Source of the DNA: Verrucomicrobiia bacterium
GTDB lineage: Bacteria > Verrucomicrobiota > Verrucomicrobiia > Limisphaerales > UBA11358
NCBI GenBank assembly: GCA_036268155.1
Contig: DATAUQ010000042.1
Coordinates: 1-54,022 of the forward strand
DNA length: 54,022 bases
Direction: 5' to 3'
This document shows, piece after piece, positions 8,853 to 17,823 of this stretch (its first letter is position 1; each line of letters opens with the position of its first letter). A program made the translations under genes and the position numbers. Below the pieces are notes generated by a model. The model saw only the letters and a list, made by a program, of their open reading frames with translations, made no database searches and was not told the DNA's origin.

Positions 8853-8900
8853 ATTTAGAACTATTCTAAATCTTGACGCGCGGCCTTCGCCGGTTAAACT
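8853..8900 (+). promoter_or_regulatory. Candidate operator palindrome plus sigma-70-like promoter of the Fur-family gene
   Basis: A perfect 8-3-8 palindrome ATTTAGAA-cta-TTCTAAAT (8853-8871) abuts TTGACG (8873-8878), a 16-nt spacer and TAAACT (8895-8900). The ATG follows at 8912. Confidence 0.4.
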
Positions 8901-8911
8901 TGTTCTTCGTA

Positions 8912-9352
8912 ATGAGCGCAATCGCCCAAAGCAAAACGGAGCATCATTTGACTGAAAAGTTGACTACGAGCGGCTTTCGTTTCACGCCGCAGCGCCAGCA
9001 CGTCTATGACGTGATCATGCATAAGCGCGATCATCCGACAGCGGAGGAAATTTTCATCCGCACGAAGAAGGCGATGCCGGAGATTTCCCACGCGACGGTT
9101 TATAACTGCCTTGATGCGCTCGTCAAATGCGGCCTCGTCCGGCAGGTCCAACTCGAACGCGGCGCGACGCGGTTTTGTCCGAACATGGAGGAGCATTGCC
9201 ATTATTACTGCGATTCGTGCGGCGAAGTTTTTGATGTCGCGTTGCCGACGGATTCCACGGTCATGCCGCGCCCGAAAGGTTTCAAAGTGGATCATTACGA
9301 CATCGCGGTTCACGGCCTTTGCGCAGAGTGCGCGAAAAAGGCGAAACTATGA
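8912..9352 (+). CDS. Fur-family metalloregulator (Fur/PerR/Zur type)
   Basis: It has the winged-helix pattern FRFTPQRQHVYDVI...HPTAEEIF...ISHATVYNCLDALVKCGLV and C-terminal CxxC pairs (CDSCGE, CAECAK). I prefer the ATG at 8912. Confidence 0.85.
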   Translation: MSAIAQSKTEHHLTEKLTTSGFRFTPQRQHVYDVIMHKRDHPTAEEIFIRTKKAMPEISHATVYNCLDALVKCGLVRQVQLERGATRFCPNMEEHCHYYCDSCGEVFDVALPTDSTVMPRPKGFKVDHYDIAVHGLCAECAKKAKL

Positions 9353-9427
9353 AATTAAAATTAACATCGAATGATAAGAAAGGAATTTTGCTGGCAGCAA
9401 TCATTCTGACTGTTTTTTGCATAGTTA

Positions 9428-9468
9428 TGAAAATCATTTTACTCAACGCTCCAGTAATCACAGTGATT
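9428..9468. promoter_or_regulatory. Two Fur-box-like palindromes upstream of sufB
   Basis: TGAAAATCATTTTAC (9428-9442) resembles the 7-1-7 box TGATAATnATTATCA. AATCAC-a-GTGATT (9456-9468) is a perfect 6-1-6 palindrome. Both lie in an AT-rich stretch 20-60 nt before the sufB ATG. Confidence 0.4.
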
Positions 9469-9486
9469 CCGAAGTGACATAAATTT

Positions 9487-10935
9487 ATGCCCACCGCCAC
9501 CGAGACAATCGAAGATTTGGTCAAGACGGAATACAAATACGGCTTCGTCACCGATGTCGAAACCGAGTCCACGCCGCCGGGTTTGAGCGAGGACACCATC
9601 CGCCTGATTTCGCGCAAGAAAAACGAACCCGAATGGCTGCTCGACTGGCGGCTCAAGGCGTTTCGCCATTGGCTCACGATGCCTGAACCGACGTGGCAGT
9701 TCGTGAAATATCCGAAAATAAATTTTCAGGACATCACTTATTTTTCCCAGCCCAAGCCAAACAAAAATGCGCCGAAAAGTTTGGACGAAGTTGATCCAAA
9801 ACTTTTGGAGACTTACGAAAAGCTCGGCATTCCGTTGCGCGAACACGCCAAGCTCGCCGGCGTGGCGGTGGACGCGATTTTTGATTCCGTCTCGGTCGGC
9901 ACGACGTTCCGCAAACAGCTTGCGGAAAAAGGCGTCATTTTTTGTTCGTTCACCGAGGCGGTGCATGACCATCCCGAACTCGTCAAAAAATATCTCGGCT
10001 CGGTCGTGCCGCACACGGACAATTATTATGCCGCGCTGAATTCCGCAGTTTTCACCGACGGTTCGTTCTGCTACATCCCGAAAGGCGTGCGTTGTCCGAT
10101 GGAGCTTTCGACTTATTTCCGCATCAACGCCGCGAAGTCCGGCCAGTTCGAGCGCACACTCATCATCGCGGACGAAGGCGCGCACGTCAGCTATCTCGAA
10201 GGTTGCACCGCGCCGATGCGCGATGAAAATCAATTGCACGCCGCCGTCGTCGAACTCGTCGCGCTGGACAATGGCGAAATAAAATACTCAACCGTGCAGA
10301 ATTGGTATCCCGGTGACGAAAATGGCAAGGGCGGCATTTACAATTTCGTGACGAAGCGCGGCTTGTGCAAAGGCAAAAATTCAAAAATCTGCTGGACGCA
10401 AGTTGAGACCGGGTCGGCGATCACATGGAAATATCCGAGCTGCATTTTGCTCGGCGACAATTCCGTGGGCGAATTTTATTCCGTCGCCGTGACGAACACT
10501 TATCAGCAGGCCGACACCGGCACGAAGATGATCCACATCGGCAAAAACACGAGCAGCACGATCATTTCCAAGGGCATTTCCGCCGGTCACGGACAGAACA
10601 GTTATCGCGGCCTCGTGAAGATCCAGAAAAGCGCGACGAACGCGCGCAATTTTTCGCAATGCGATTCCATGCTCATCGGCAACAAATGCGGCGCGCACAC
10701 GTTCCCCTATATCGAAGTGAAAAACACGTCGGCGAGCGTCGAGCACGAAGCTTCGACCTCGAAGATCGGCGAGGACCAGATTTTCTATTGCAACGCGCGC
10801 GGCATCGCGACGCAGGACGCGGTCAACATGATTGTGAACGGCTTCTGCAAGGAAGTGTTCAAGGAACTGCCGATGGAATTCGCCGTCGAAGCACAGAAAC
10901 TTCTGGGCGTGAGTTTGGAAGGAAGTGTGGGTTGA
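9487..10935 (+). CDS. sufB: Fe-S cluster assembly scaffold SufB
   Basis: The full-length match includes [23 protein letters not shown]...YSTVQNWY...[21 protein letters not shown]...[15 protein letters not shown]. Confidence 0.95.
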   Translation: MPTATETIEDLVKTEYKYGFVTDVETESTPPGLSEDTIRLISRKKNEPEWLLDWRLKAFRHWLTMPEPTWQFVKYPKINFQDITYFSQPKPNKNAPKSLDEVDPKLLETYEKLGIPLREHAKLAGVAVDAIFDSVSVGTTFRKQLAEKGVIFCSFTEAVHDHPELVKKYLGSVVPHTDNYYAALNSAVFTDGSFCYIPKGVRCPMELSTYFRINAAKSGQFERTLIIADEGAHVSYLEGCTAPMRDENQLHAAVVELVALDNGEIKYSTVQNWYPGDENGKGGIYNFVTKRGLCKGKNSKICWTQVETGSAITWKYPSCILLGDNSVGEFYSVAVTNTYQQADTGTKMIHIGKNTSSTIISKGISAGHGQNSYRGLVKIQKSATNARNFSQCDSMLIGNKCGAHTFPYIEVKNTSASVEHEASTSKIGEDQIFYCNARGIATQDAVNMIVNGFCKEVFKELPMEFAVEAQKLLGVSLEGSVG

Positions 10936-10939
10936 TTTT

Positions 10940-11379
10940 AGCCACAGATGGACTCAGATGAAACACAGATAAAAGCGGCGAAGGATTATTCGCTACAGCC
11001 AATCACCGAACAATTAATTGGTGCGGCGTTTGAAGTTCATAATGTGCTTGGCTACGGATTTTTGGAAAAAGTTTATCAGCGGGCAATGCAGGTTGAATTG
11101 CAATCGCGTGGCGTCAAAGTTGAATTGGAACCGTTGATAAAAGTTCAGTTCAAAGGCGTGATTGTCGGCGATTACGCGGCGGACTTGCTTGTTGCCGATA
11201 AAATAATTGTGGAATTAAAAACTGACGCAACGTATCAGCCGGTTCACGAAGCGCAACTATTGAATGAGCTTCGCGGCACTGGAATTCGGCTTGGTTATCT
11301 CATTAACTTTGGACGAGAACGCGTCGAATACAAACGTATGGTTTTTTAATCTGTGTTTCATCTGTGAAAATCTGTGGCT
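10940..11379 (+). mobile_element. Palindromic 'CACAGAT' element carrying a GxxExxY gene
   Basis: The 31-nt arms AGCCACAGATGGACTCAGATGAAACACAGAT (10940-10970) and ATCTGTGTTTCATCTGTGAAAATCTGTGGCT (11349-11379) are inverted copies, about 26/31 identical. The same arms recur at 30511-30615. Confidence 0.65.
10948..11349 (+). CDS. GxxExxY protein (PD-(D/E)XK nuclease superfamily, PDDEXK_3-like)
   Basis: It contains the signature GFLEKVY and a nuclease-like D...E-x-K (DYAADLLVADKIIVELK), and is ~130 aa long. The start codon and first ~8 codons lie inside the left repeat arm. Confidence 0.8.
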   Translation: MDSDETQIKAAKDYSLQPITEQLIGAAFEVHNVLGYGFLEKVYQRAMQVELQSRGVKVELEPLIKVQFKGVIVGDYAADLLVADKIIVELKTDATYQPVHEAQLLNELRGTGIRLGYLINFGRERVEYKRMVF

Positions 11380-11394
11380 AAAAATTTTAGAAAA

Positions 11395-12159
11395 ATGAGC
11401 AAAACGATATTAGAAATCAAAAACCTCTCGGCGGGCGTCGAGGGCAAACAAATCCTCAAGGGCGTCAGCCTCACCATCAACGCCGGCGAAGTCCACGCCG
11501 TCATGGGCCCGAACGGCTCCGGCAAAAGCACGCTGGCCGCCGTGCTGGCCGGCCGCGACGGTTACAACGTGACCGGCGGCGAGGTGCTTTATTGCGGCAA
11601 GAACCTGCTCGACCTCGACCCCGAGGAACGCGCGCGCGAAGGTCTGTTCCTCGCGTTCCAATATCCGGTCGAGATTCCCGGCGTGAACAGCACTTATTTT
11701 CTCAAGGCCGCGTTCAACGAAATCCGCAAGCATCGCGGCGAGCCGGAACTCGACGCAATTGATTTTCTCGCGCTCGTGAAGGACAAGATGAAGCTGCTCG
11801 AACTCAAGGAAGATTTGCTCAAGCGCTCGGTCAACGAAGGTTTTTCCGGCGGCGAAAAAAAGCGCGCGGAAATTTTCCAGATGGCCGTGCTCGAACCCAA
11901 GCTCGCCATCCTCGACGAAACGGATTCCGGCCTGGACATTGATGCGCTCAAAGTCGTCTCGCACGGCGTCAACGCCCTGAAGCGCGCCGACAACGCGCAG
12001 CTTGTCATCACGCATTATCAGCGGCTGCTGAATTTCATCGTGCCGGATTTTGTGCACGTCCTGGTGGACGGCCACATCGTGAAAACCGGCGGCAAGGAAC
12101 TCGCGCTCGAACTCGAGGCGAAAGGTTACGATTGGATTTTGAAAACGGTCAATGCGTAA
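11395..12159 (+). CDS. sufC: Fe-S cluster assembly ATPase SufC
   Basis: It has the Walker A motif GPNGSGKST, the ABC signature FSGGEKKR and the Walker B motif LAILDETDSGLD. I prefer the ATG at 11395, because the listed GTG at 11374 lies inside the repeat arm. Confidence 0.95.
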   Translation: MSKTILEIKNLSAGVEGKQILKGVSLTINAGEVHAVMGPNGSGKSTLAAVLAGRDGYNVTGGEVLYCGKNLLDLDPEERAREGLFLAFQYPVEIPGVNSTYFLKAAFNEIRKHRGEPELDAIDFLALVKDKMKLLELKEDLLKRSVNEGFSGGEKKRAEIFQMAVLEPKLAILDETDSGLDIDALKVVSHGVNALKRADNAQLVITHYQRLLNFIVPDFVHVLVDGHIVKTGGKELALELEAKGYDWILKTVNA

Positions 12160-12473
12160 GATGTTGTGACGGAGACGTTCCCAATTCCAACAAAATCCAG
12201 AACACCGGCGCAGTTGCCAGCGTGAACAATCCTCCATCAAACCAAAATGCACCAGCAACGCCAAAGCTCCGGCGCGCAATCCAATTTGCAGGGAATCAGT
12301 AACTGCAACACGTCTCGCGCCAGCGGGACATTCTAAAAAAACGCCGGGCATCCTGTCAGCCGACGGGAACACTTCGAGCGCATAAAAGCCATGAACAACC
12401 ATTATTCGATCAGCGAGCTGTGCTGAAGCCTTTGACGTTTCGCGCAGCGGCTACCCCACGCAGTCCCTTTGTT

Positions 12474-13157
12474 TTATGGAAAAGTATTCCAGACCAATTC
12501 TGGATTGTCTGTGATTCCCACGGAAGTGCCGTTCCAGTATTCAGATTTTTTGAACCGCTTTGCGTGGCCGTCAAGGAAAGAAAAGTTCGCGCCATTATTA
12601 TGAATGTTGGTCACCGAACCGCCGTCACCAAGCGCCGGTTTTTGTCCATTGTCAAATAGCCAGACGACGGTCACAGGAGCCGCTGGAATGGCGTTGAGTT
12701 TGATATTCGGATGGTCGGTGCCGCCCGTGCCGTTGAATCCCTCGTTGAGCGCGTAATGAAAAAGATTGATGCTGGGTGCAACTACACGACGCGGATTTGC
12801 CGGACATAACCAGATTGTGCCTCTGACTTCAGCATCAGCATTGGTTCGCCATGGCATTTCGACATAAGGGAGTAGCCCTAGTGCCTGGGGGATTTGGATA
12901 TACCAAGCCTGATATGCGGGATTATTGAGATCAGTCGCAAGGGGCGTTGCCTTGCCTTCTGGCGGCAGATGGTCGTCATTGTCCGACACATAAACCTGCG
13001 TTGCCAATCCCCATTGCTTGAGGTTGTTAAGACATTGAGATGTCAGCGCCGTCGCCTTGGCCTTGCTCAACGCGGACAACAGCATCGCCGCCAGGATCGC
13101 GATGATGGCGATGACCACCAGCAATTCGATCAACGTGAATGCGCGCAAAATCTTCAT
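12474..13157 (-). CDS. Prepilin-type N-terminal cleavage/methylation protein with an H-X9-DG motif (DUF1559-like)
   Basis: The N-terminus [22 protein letters not shown] is a prepilin-type signal. The C-terminal [13 protein letters not shown] fits H-X9-DG, an architecture abundant in Verrucomicrobia and Planctomycetes. Confidence 0.85.
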   Translation of the reverse strand: MKILRAFTLIELLVVIAIIAILAAMLLSALSKAKATALTSQCLNNLKQWGLATQVYVSDNDDHLPPEGKATPLATDLNNPAYQAWYIQIPQALGLLPYVEMPWRTNADAEVRGTIWLCPANPRRVVAPSINLFHYALNEGFNGTGGTDHPNIKLNAIPAAPVTVVWLFDNGQKPALGDGGSVTNIHNNGANFSFLDGHAKRFKKSEYWNGTSVGITDNPELVWNTFP

Positions 13158-13255
13158 CTGATTTTTTGAGCCTGAAGCGAATTATCCCAATGGCGGAATG
13201 ATTGGCAAAACAATTTCTGCCGGACTTCTGAACGATCGCCTGCTAATCTCCCGCC

Positions 13256-14302
13256 GTGCTTACACAAGACAACATCAAAAACGCGCTCGCAGCAGTCAAA
13301 TATCCCGGTTATTCGCGCGACATCGTTTCGTTCGACCTCGTCAAGGAGATTTCCGTCGCCAACGACTCGATCAGCGTGACGATGCAACTGACCTCGCCGA
13401 ATCCCGAAGCCGCGCAGCAGATCAAGGCCGAAAGCGAGCGCGTCCTGAAAAATCTTCCTGGCGTGAATCACGTTCACGTCGAGGTGCGTCAACCCGCCGC
13501 CGGATCAGCCGCGCCGACAAGTCCATTTGCAAACCAAAATAAAGTTTCCGGCGTAAAAAAAATTATCGCGATTGCCAGCGGCAAAGGCGGCGTGGGCAAA
13601 TCCACTTGCTCGGTGAATCTCGCGTGCGCGCTGACGCATCTAGGCGCAAAAGTCGGTTTGCTCGATTGCGACATTTACGGGCCGAGCATTCCATTGATGA
13701 TGGGCGTCCACGAAAAGCCGACCGTCAACGAAGCTGAGCGCCTCGTGCCGCCGTCCAATCACGGCGTGAAAGTGATGAGCATCGGGCTGCTGGTCACGGA
13801 CGACCAGCCGGTGATCTGGCGCGGGCCGATGATCACGAAGACCATCCAGCAATTTCTCCTCGCCGTCGAATGGGGCGAACTGGATTTTCTGCTCGTGGAT
13901 CTGCCGCCGGGCACGGGCGACGCGCAGCTTTCGCTCTGCCAGACCGTGCCGCTCGACGGCGGCGTCATCATCAGCACGCCGCAGGAGGCGTCGCTCGGCG
14001 TCGTGCGCAAAGGCATCGCGATGTTTCGGAAAGTGAACGTGCCGATCCTCGGCATAGTGGAAAACATGAGTTACTTCACCGCGCCAAACGGCGAGCGCGT
14101 GGAAATTTTCGGCCACGGCGGCGGCAAAGAGGAAGCCGCGCGGCAAAATGTTCCGTTCCTCGGCGAAGTCCCGATCTTCACCGAAATCCGAGAAGGCGGC
14201 GACTGCGGAATGCCGATTGTCGTTTCCACGCCGAACCACGCGGCGGGCAAGGCGTTCATTCAAATCGCGGAAACGCTGCGGAAAAAATTTAGTGCGGATT
14301 AA
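13256..14302 (+). CDS. apbC: Mrp/NBP35/ApbC-family Fe-S cluster carrier ATPase with an N-terminal DUF59 domain
   Basis: It has the deviant Walker A motif ASGKGGVGKST, the CxxC-equivalent region, and a DUF59-like N-terminus (NIKNALAAVKYPGYSRDIVSFDLVKEI). Confidence 0.9.
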   Translation: MLTQDNIKNALAAVKYPGYSRDIVSFDLVKEISVANDSISVTMQLTSPNPEAAQQIKAESERVLKNLPGVNHVHVEVRQPAAGSAAPTSPFANQNKVSGVKKIIAIASGKGGVGKSTCSVNLACALTHLGAKVGLLDCDIYGPSIPLMMGVHEKPTVNEAERLVPPSNHGVKVMSIGLLVTDDQPVIWRGPMITKTIQQFLLAVEWGELDFLLVDLPPGTGDAQLSLCQTVPLDGGVIISTPQEASLGVVRKGIAMFRKVNVPILGIVENMSYFTAPNGERVEIFGHGGGKEEAARQNVPFLGEVPIFTEIREGGDCGMPIVVSTPNHAAGKAFIQIAETLRKKFSAD

Positions 14303-14344
14303 ATTGCATGACGGAGCGGCTTAAAATTGATAAGTAGAATCAAT

Positions 14345-15232
14345 ATGGAACAAATGCGGAAACTCTTGGAGGAGGCTATACAGTTAGCTTTTAAGCAACT
14401 GCTGTCTGAAAAACACCTCTATCAATATGTGGAAGTTGACATCGGTTTTATTTCCACGGTTGCCGAGACGGTTCAAAAAGGCATGGGTGCTGCCATTCTA
14501 TCATCAGACCGCACGGTCAAACGCACGACGCTTGACGATGCAAAAAAATATTGCGTGGAGCAAACTGCGGTGATTTGGTGTCCGAGCAGGGCAATAACGA
14601 ACACAATAAATTTTCAATCCGGATTAGCTCCGATTTTATTTGAACTGCCTACGATAAATACGTTTTGTAACCATTGCGATGGAAGCCCGCCATTTAATCC
14701 AGTGGCTGAAAATTCTTTTTTGGCGCATGAGGCTAGACAAGACAAGATTTATCTCTTGGGATACCAGTGTCAGCAATGCAAAGGGCAACCAATTTATTTT
14801 CTAGTGTGCCGAGAAGGTTTGAAACTTCGTTTAGCTGGCCGATACCCGCTTGAAGTTTTACCAACTCCAAAAGTGCTACCGAAGTCAGTCAGCAAATACT
14901 ACGGCAATGCAATGATTGCTCACCATGCCGGCCAAACACTTGCCGGATTGTTTCTTTTGCGCGTATTCATAGAACAATTTTGGCGAATAGTTCCCGCAGT
15001 CAAAGAACTCGTTGCACTTCAACCAAAGGCAACCGGAGACGAACAAGGTGACGCATACCAAAGCAAATTGCCGCAGGATTTCAATTCACGTTTCCCGTCG
15101 CTCAAAGATATTTATGGAAAATTGAGCGCTGCCATTCATTCCGCCGATGAGAACGCTGCGCTGTTTGATGATTCGTGCGTTAAGATTGAAAAGCATTTTG
15201 AAGCGCGGCGGTTATTTGAAATTGGAAATTAA
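14345..15232 (+). CDS. AT-rich orphan: N-terminal unknown domain, a CxxC...CxxC zinc ribbon and a DUF4145-like C-terminal helical domain
   Basis: The segment CNHCDG-(~40 aa)-CQQCKG, then YPLEVLPTPKVLPKSVSKYYGNAMIAHHAGQTLAGLFLLRVFIEQF...IYGKLSAAIHS, follows the Zn-ribbon/DUF4145 layout as I remember it. The gene is visibly lower in GC than its neighbours. Confidence 0.5.
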   Translation: MEQMRKLLEEAIQLAFKQLLSEKHLYQYVEVDIGFISTVAETVQKGMGAAILSSDRTVKRTTLDDAKKYCVEQTAVIWCPSRAITNTINFQSGLAPILFELPTINTFCNHCDGSPPFNPVAENSFLAHEARQDKIYLLGYQCQQCKGQPIYFLVCREGLKLRLAGRYPLEVLPTPKVLPKSVSKYYGNAMIAHHAGQTLAGLFLLRVFIEQFWRIVPAVKELVALQPKATGDEQGDAYQSKLPQDFNSRFPSLKDIYGKLSAAIHSADENAALFDDSCVKIEKHFEARRLFEIGN

Positions 15233-15610
15233 CCTTCTGTTTTCGGGCATTTTCTGCGGTTCATTTTTCCATTGCGCGTCGTCAAGGCAAAGCCAACGTG
15301 GTATTTTGCGACGGCCACGTCGAATCGCCGACGTTGCAATTTCTTTTTGAAGACACCAGCGACGACGCCTTGTCCCGCTGGAACCGCGACCATCTGCCGC
15401 ACCGCGAAAAACTTTCACCGTGATTCTTCGTCCGCCAAAAAGCTGCGGAGCAGCGCGAGATAGTAGCCCACAGCCCGATCTGTGGGTAAAAGCGCCCAAC
15501 AGAAAAAGCTCCGGCAGGAGCGACAGAAAAACCACATCGCGCAAAGCATTTCTTCCGCCCCATCCGGGGCTTGATTCATTTGGCAACTAAACCCACGGTT
15601 TCACCTTGGG
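15233..15610. repeat. Non-coding cluster of degenerate REP-like repeats
   Basis: It contains GATAGTAGCCCACAGCCCGATCTGTGGGTAAAAGC...AGGAGCGACAG (15458-15526), a diverged copy of the 27831-27922 block. CCTTGGGCTATTTTC (about 15604-15618) resembles GCCCTGGGCTATTTTC at 29222-29237. No credible ORF is present. Confidence 0.6.
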
Positions 15611-16312
15611 CTATTTTCGTTCGCGCCATCCGGTGCTTGAACAAATTTCACGCGCACTGATGTGCGTCAAATCCGCCACCGCCCAATCCGGCTGGCATTT
15701 TTTCAATTCATCCAGCTTTGCGCCGCCAGTCGCCACGGCCAGAACTTTGGCGCCAATCGCTTTTCCGCAGCGAATGTCGAACGGCGTATCGCCGACCACG
15801 ACCATTTCTTCGCCGCGCAATCTTCTTCCCAGCACGCGATGGCTCCGGTCGTGCGCGGCAGCGGCGATCAAATCACGTTCCTCGTGGTCGTCGGCGAAAC
15901 CCCCGAACTCAAATTCTCCCCACAATCCAAAATGACGCAGCTTGATTTCCGCGCCGAGCCGGATGTTGCCGGTGAGCAGGCCGATGATCGGCGGATTCGG
16001 CAACGCACGCAGGTCACGCAGCATTTCCCAGACGCCGGGACAAATCTCGGTCTTGCTGCGCGCGAGAATCTGGTCAAGCCAGAAAATATAACGCTCGAAG
16101 AAGCGCGAGAAATTTTCCGGCGTGGCGGGAATGTCGTTATGTTTGAAAAATTCGCGGACAAGGCTGACATCCGTGCGCCCGGCGAACTTCATTTTTTCCA
16201 GGCCGTTGTGGGCGTTGAACTCGGTGGCAAAAGTTTTGGCGAAAGCCTGCGTGCCGGCGTGGCCCGTGTGGACGAGCGTGCCGTCAATGTCGAACAAAAC
16301 CAGTTTTACCAT
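15611..16312 (-). CDS. HAD-superfamily hydrolase (phosphoglycolate phosphatase-like)
   Basis: It has the HAD motif I LFDIDGTL, and the later GDTPFDI motif is present. Confidence 0.85.
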   Translation of the reverse strand: MVKLVLFDIDGTLVHTGHAGTQAFAKTFATEFNAHNGLEKMKFAGRTDVSLVREFFKHNDIPATPENFSRFFERYIFWLDQILARSKTEICPGVWEMLRDLRALPNPPIIGLLTGNIRLGAEIKLRHFGLWGEFEFGGFADDHEERDLIAAAAHDRSHRVLGRRLRGEEMVVVGDTPFDIRCGKAIGAKVLAVATGGAKLDELKKCQPDWAVADLTHISAREICSSTGWRERK

Positions 16313-16467
16313 GCGCGGAAAATATCAGAGCGGCGGAATCCGGCGAGATTTTAAGGACAAATTGCCCGTAGAAATTTTGCGGCAGCCGTTTTTGCCGACA
16401 GTTTTCAATTGCGCAAAGGCGGATTGCATGAAAAATTGGTGTCCGATTTGGAAGATTGAAATTTACC

Positions 16468-17823
16468 ATGACACAAACGCTAGAAAAAAAAAACGGTGAC
16501 CTGACCGTGACCGAACCGTTCCTCGAAAAATTCCGCCACTTCGAGTCCGGCGCGAAATCGTCGCTGCTGTCGTTCCGCAAAGCCGGCCTTGCGCTATTTG
16601 CTGAACTTGGTTTCCCGACGTTGCAGAATGAAGATTGGCGTTTCACAAACGTCGCGCCGCTCGCGAAGCTGCCGTTTGCGCCGCTGTTTGAAGCGCCCGC
16701 CGTCAACGGCGCGGAAACCAAAGCGTTGAATGAATTTGCTTTTTCAAAACTTTCGGGCACGCGACTGGTTTTTGTGAACGGCCATTATTCGCCAAAGATT
16801 TCGACCGTCGAAAAACTTCCGGCGGGCGTGAAGGTCGGCAATCTGGCGGCGGCTTTGACTTCCGATGCCGTGTTGGTGGAAAAATATCTGGGCCGTTGCA
16901 CGCTTGCGCAGGACAATGCGTTCGCTGCGTTGAACCAGGCGTTTTTTCTCGACGGCGCGTTTGTCCATGTGCCAAAAGGCGTGGATGTCGCCACACCGAT
17001 CCAGTTGGTTTACATCTGTTCGGCCAACGAAACCGGCGCGACGGTGCAGCCGCGCAACTTGATCGTCGTCGAGGCGAACAGCCGCGTGACGATTGTGGAA
17101 AGTTACATCACGACCACGGACAATGCGTATTTTACGAACGCGGTGACGGAAATTTTCGCGGGCGACAATGCGTTCGTCGAGCATCTGAAATTTCAGGACG
17201 AGGCGCAGGCGGCATTTCACATTGCGGCGATCCACGGCGAATTTGGGCGGGCGAGCAATGTGAACATCCATTCGTTCGCGCTCGGCGCGAAATTGTCGCG
17301 CAACAGCATCCGCACGAAGCTCGCGGGCGAAGGTCTTGAGTGCATCCTCAACGGACTTTACCTCACGCGCGGCGAGCAATTGGCCGACCATCACATGATT
17401 GTCGAGCACGCGCAGCCGAATTGCGCGAGCCACGAGTATTTCAATGGCATCCTTGACGACAAATCAAAGGGCGTCTTTCACGGACGAATTCTGGTTCAGC
17501 AAATCGCGCAGAAAACCGATGCGAAGCAGACGAATAAAAATCTGCTGCTCTCCGATGACGCGACCGCCGACACGAAGCCGCAACTGGAGATTTACGCCGA
17601 CGATGTGAAATGCACGCACGGCGCGACCATCGGGCAATTAAATGACGAGAGCATTTTTTATCTGCGCACGCGCGGCATCGGCACGGACATGGCGCGGCAG
17701 ATGTTGATCCACGCCTTCGCCGGCGAGATCATCGAGCGCATCAAGTGCGAACCGGCGCGCGAAGCCGTTGACAAGCTCGTGTGGGATCGCCTCGAAGCGA
17801 ATCCGCATTTGGCCGCAAAATAA
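16468..17823 (+). CDS. sufD: Fe-S cluster assembly protein SufD
   Basis: The C-terminal beta-helix region ...HMIVEHAQPNCASHEYFNGILDDKSKGVFHGRILV...KPQLEIYADDVKCTHGATIGQLNDESIFYLRTRGI is characteristic of SufD. Confidence 0.9.
   Translation: MTQTLEKKNGDLTVTEPFLEKFRHFESGAKSSLLSFRKAGLALFAELGFPTLQNEDWRFTNVAPLAKLPFAPLFEAPAVNGAETKALNEFAFSKLSGTRLVFVNGHYSPKISTVEKLPAGVKVGNLAAALTSDAVLVEKYLGRCTLAQDNAFAALNQAFFLDGAFVHVPKGVDVATPIQLVYICSANETGATVQPRNLIVVEANSRVTIVESYITTTDNAYFTNAVTEIFAGDNAFVEHLKFQDEAQAAFHIAAIHGEFGRASNVNIHSFALGAKLSRNSIRTKLAGEGLECILNGLYLTRGEQLADHHMIVEHAQPNCASHEYFNGILDDKSKGVFHGRILVQQIAQKTDAKQTNKNLLLSDDATADTKPQLEIYADDVKCTHGATIGQLNDESIFYLRTRGIGTDMARQMLIHAFAGEIIERIKCEPAREAVDKLVWDRLEANPHLAAK

Noticed and set aside
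11374-11394. The listed GTG start for sufC at 11374 (MAKNFRK...)
   Set aside because: The GTG lies inside the right arm of the palindromic element. The ATG at 11395 gives the canonical SufC N-terminus (MSKTILEIKNLS...).
12160-12473. A 314-bp gap between convergent sufC and the H-X9-DG gene, considered as a possible sRNA, pseudogene or missing sufD/sufS remnant
   Set aside because: I found no open frame of meaningful length, no similarity to suf proteins in any frame that I could see, and no strong hairpin or repeat. It is left unannotated rather than given an invented feature.
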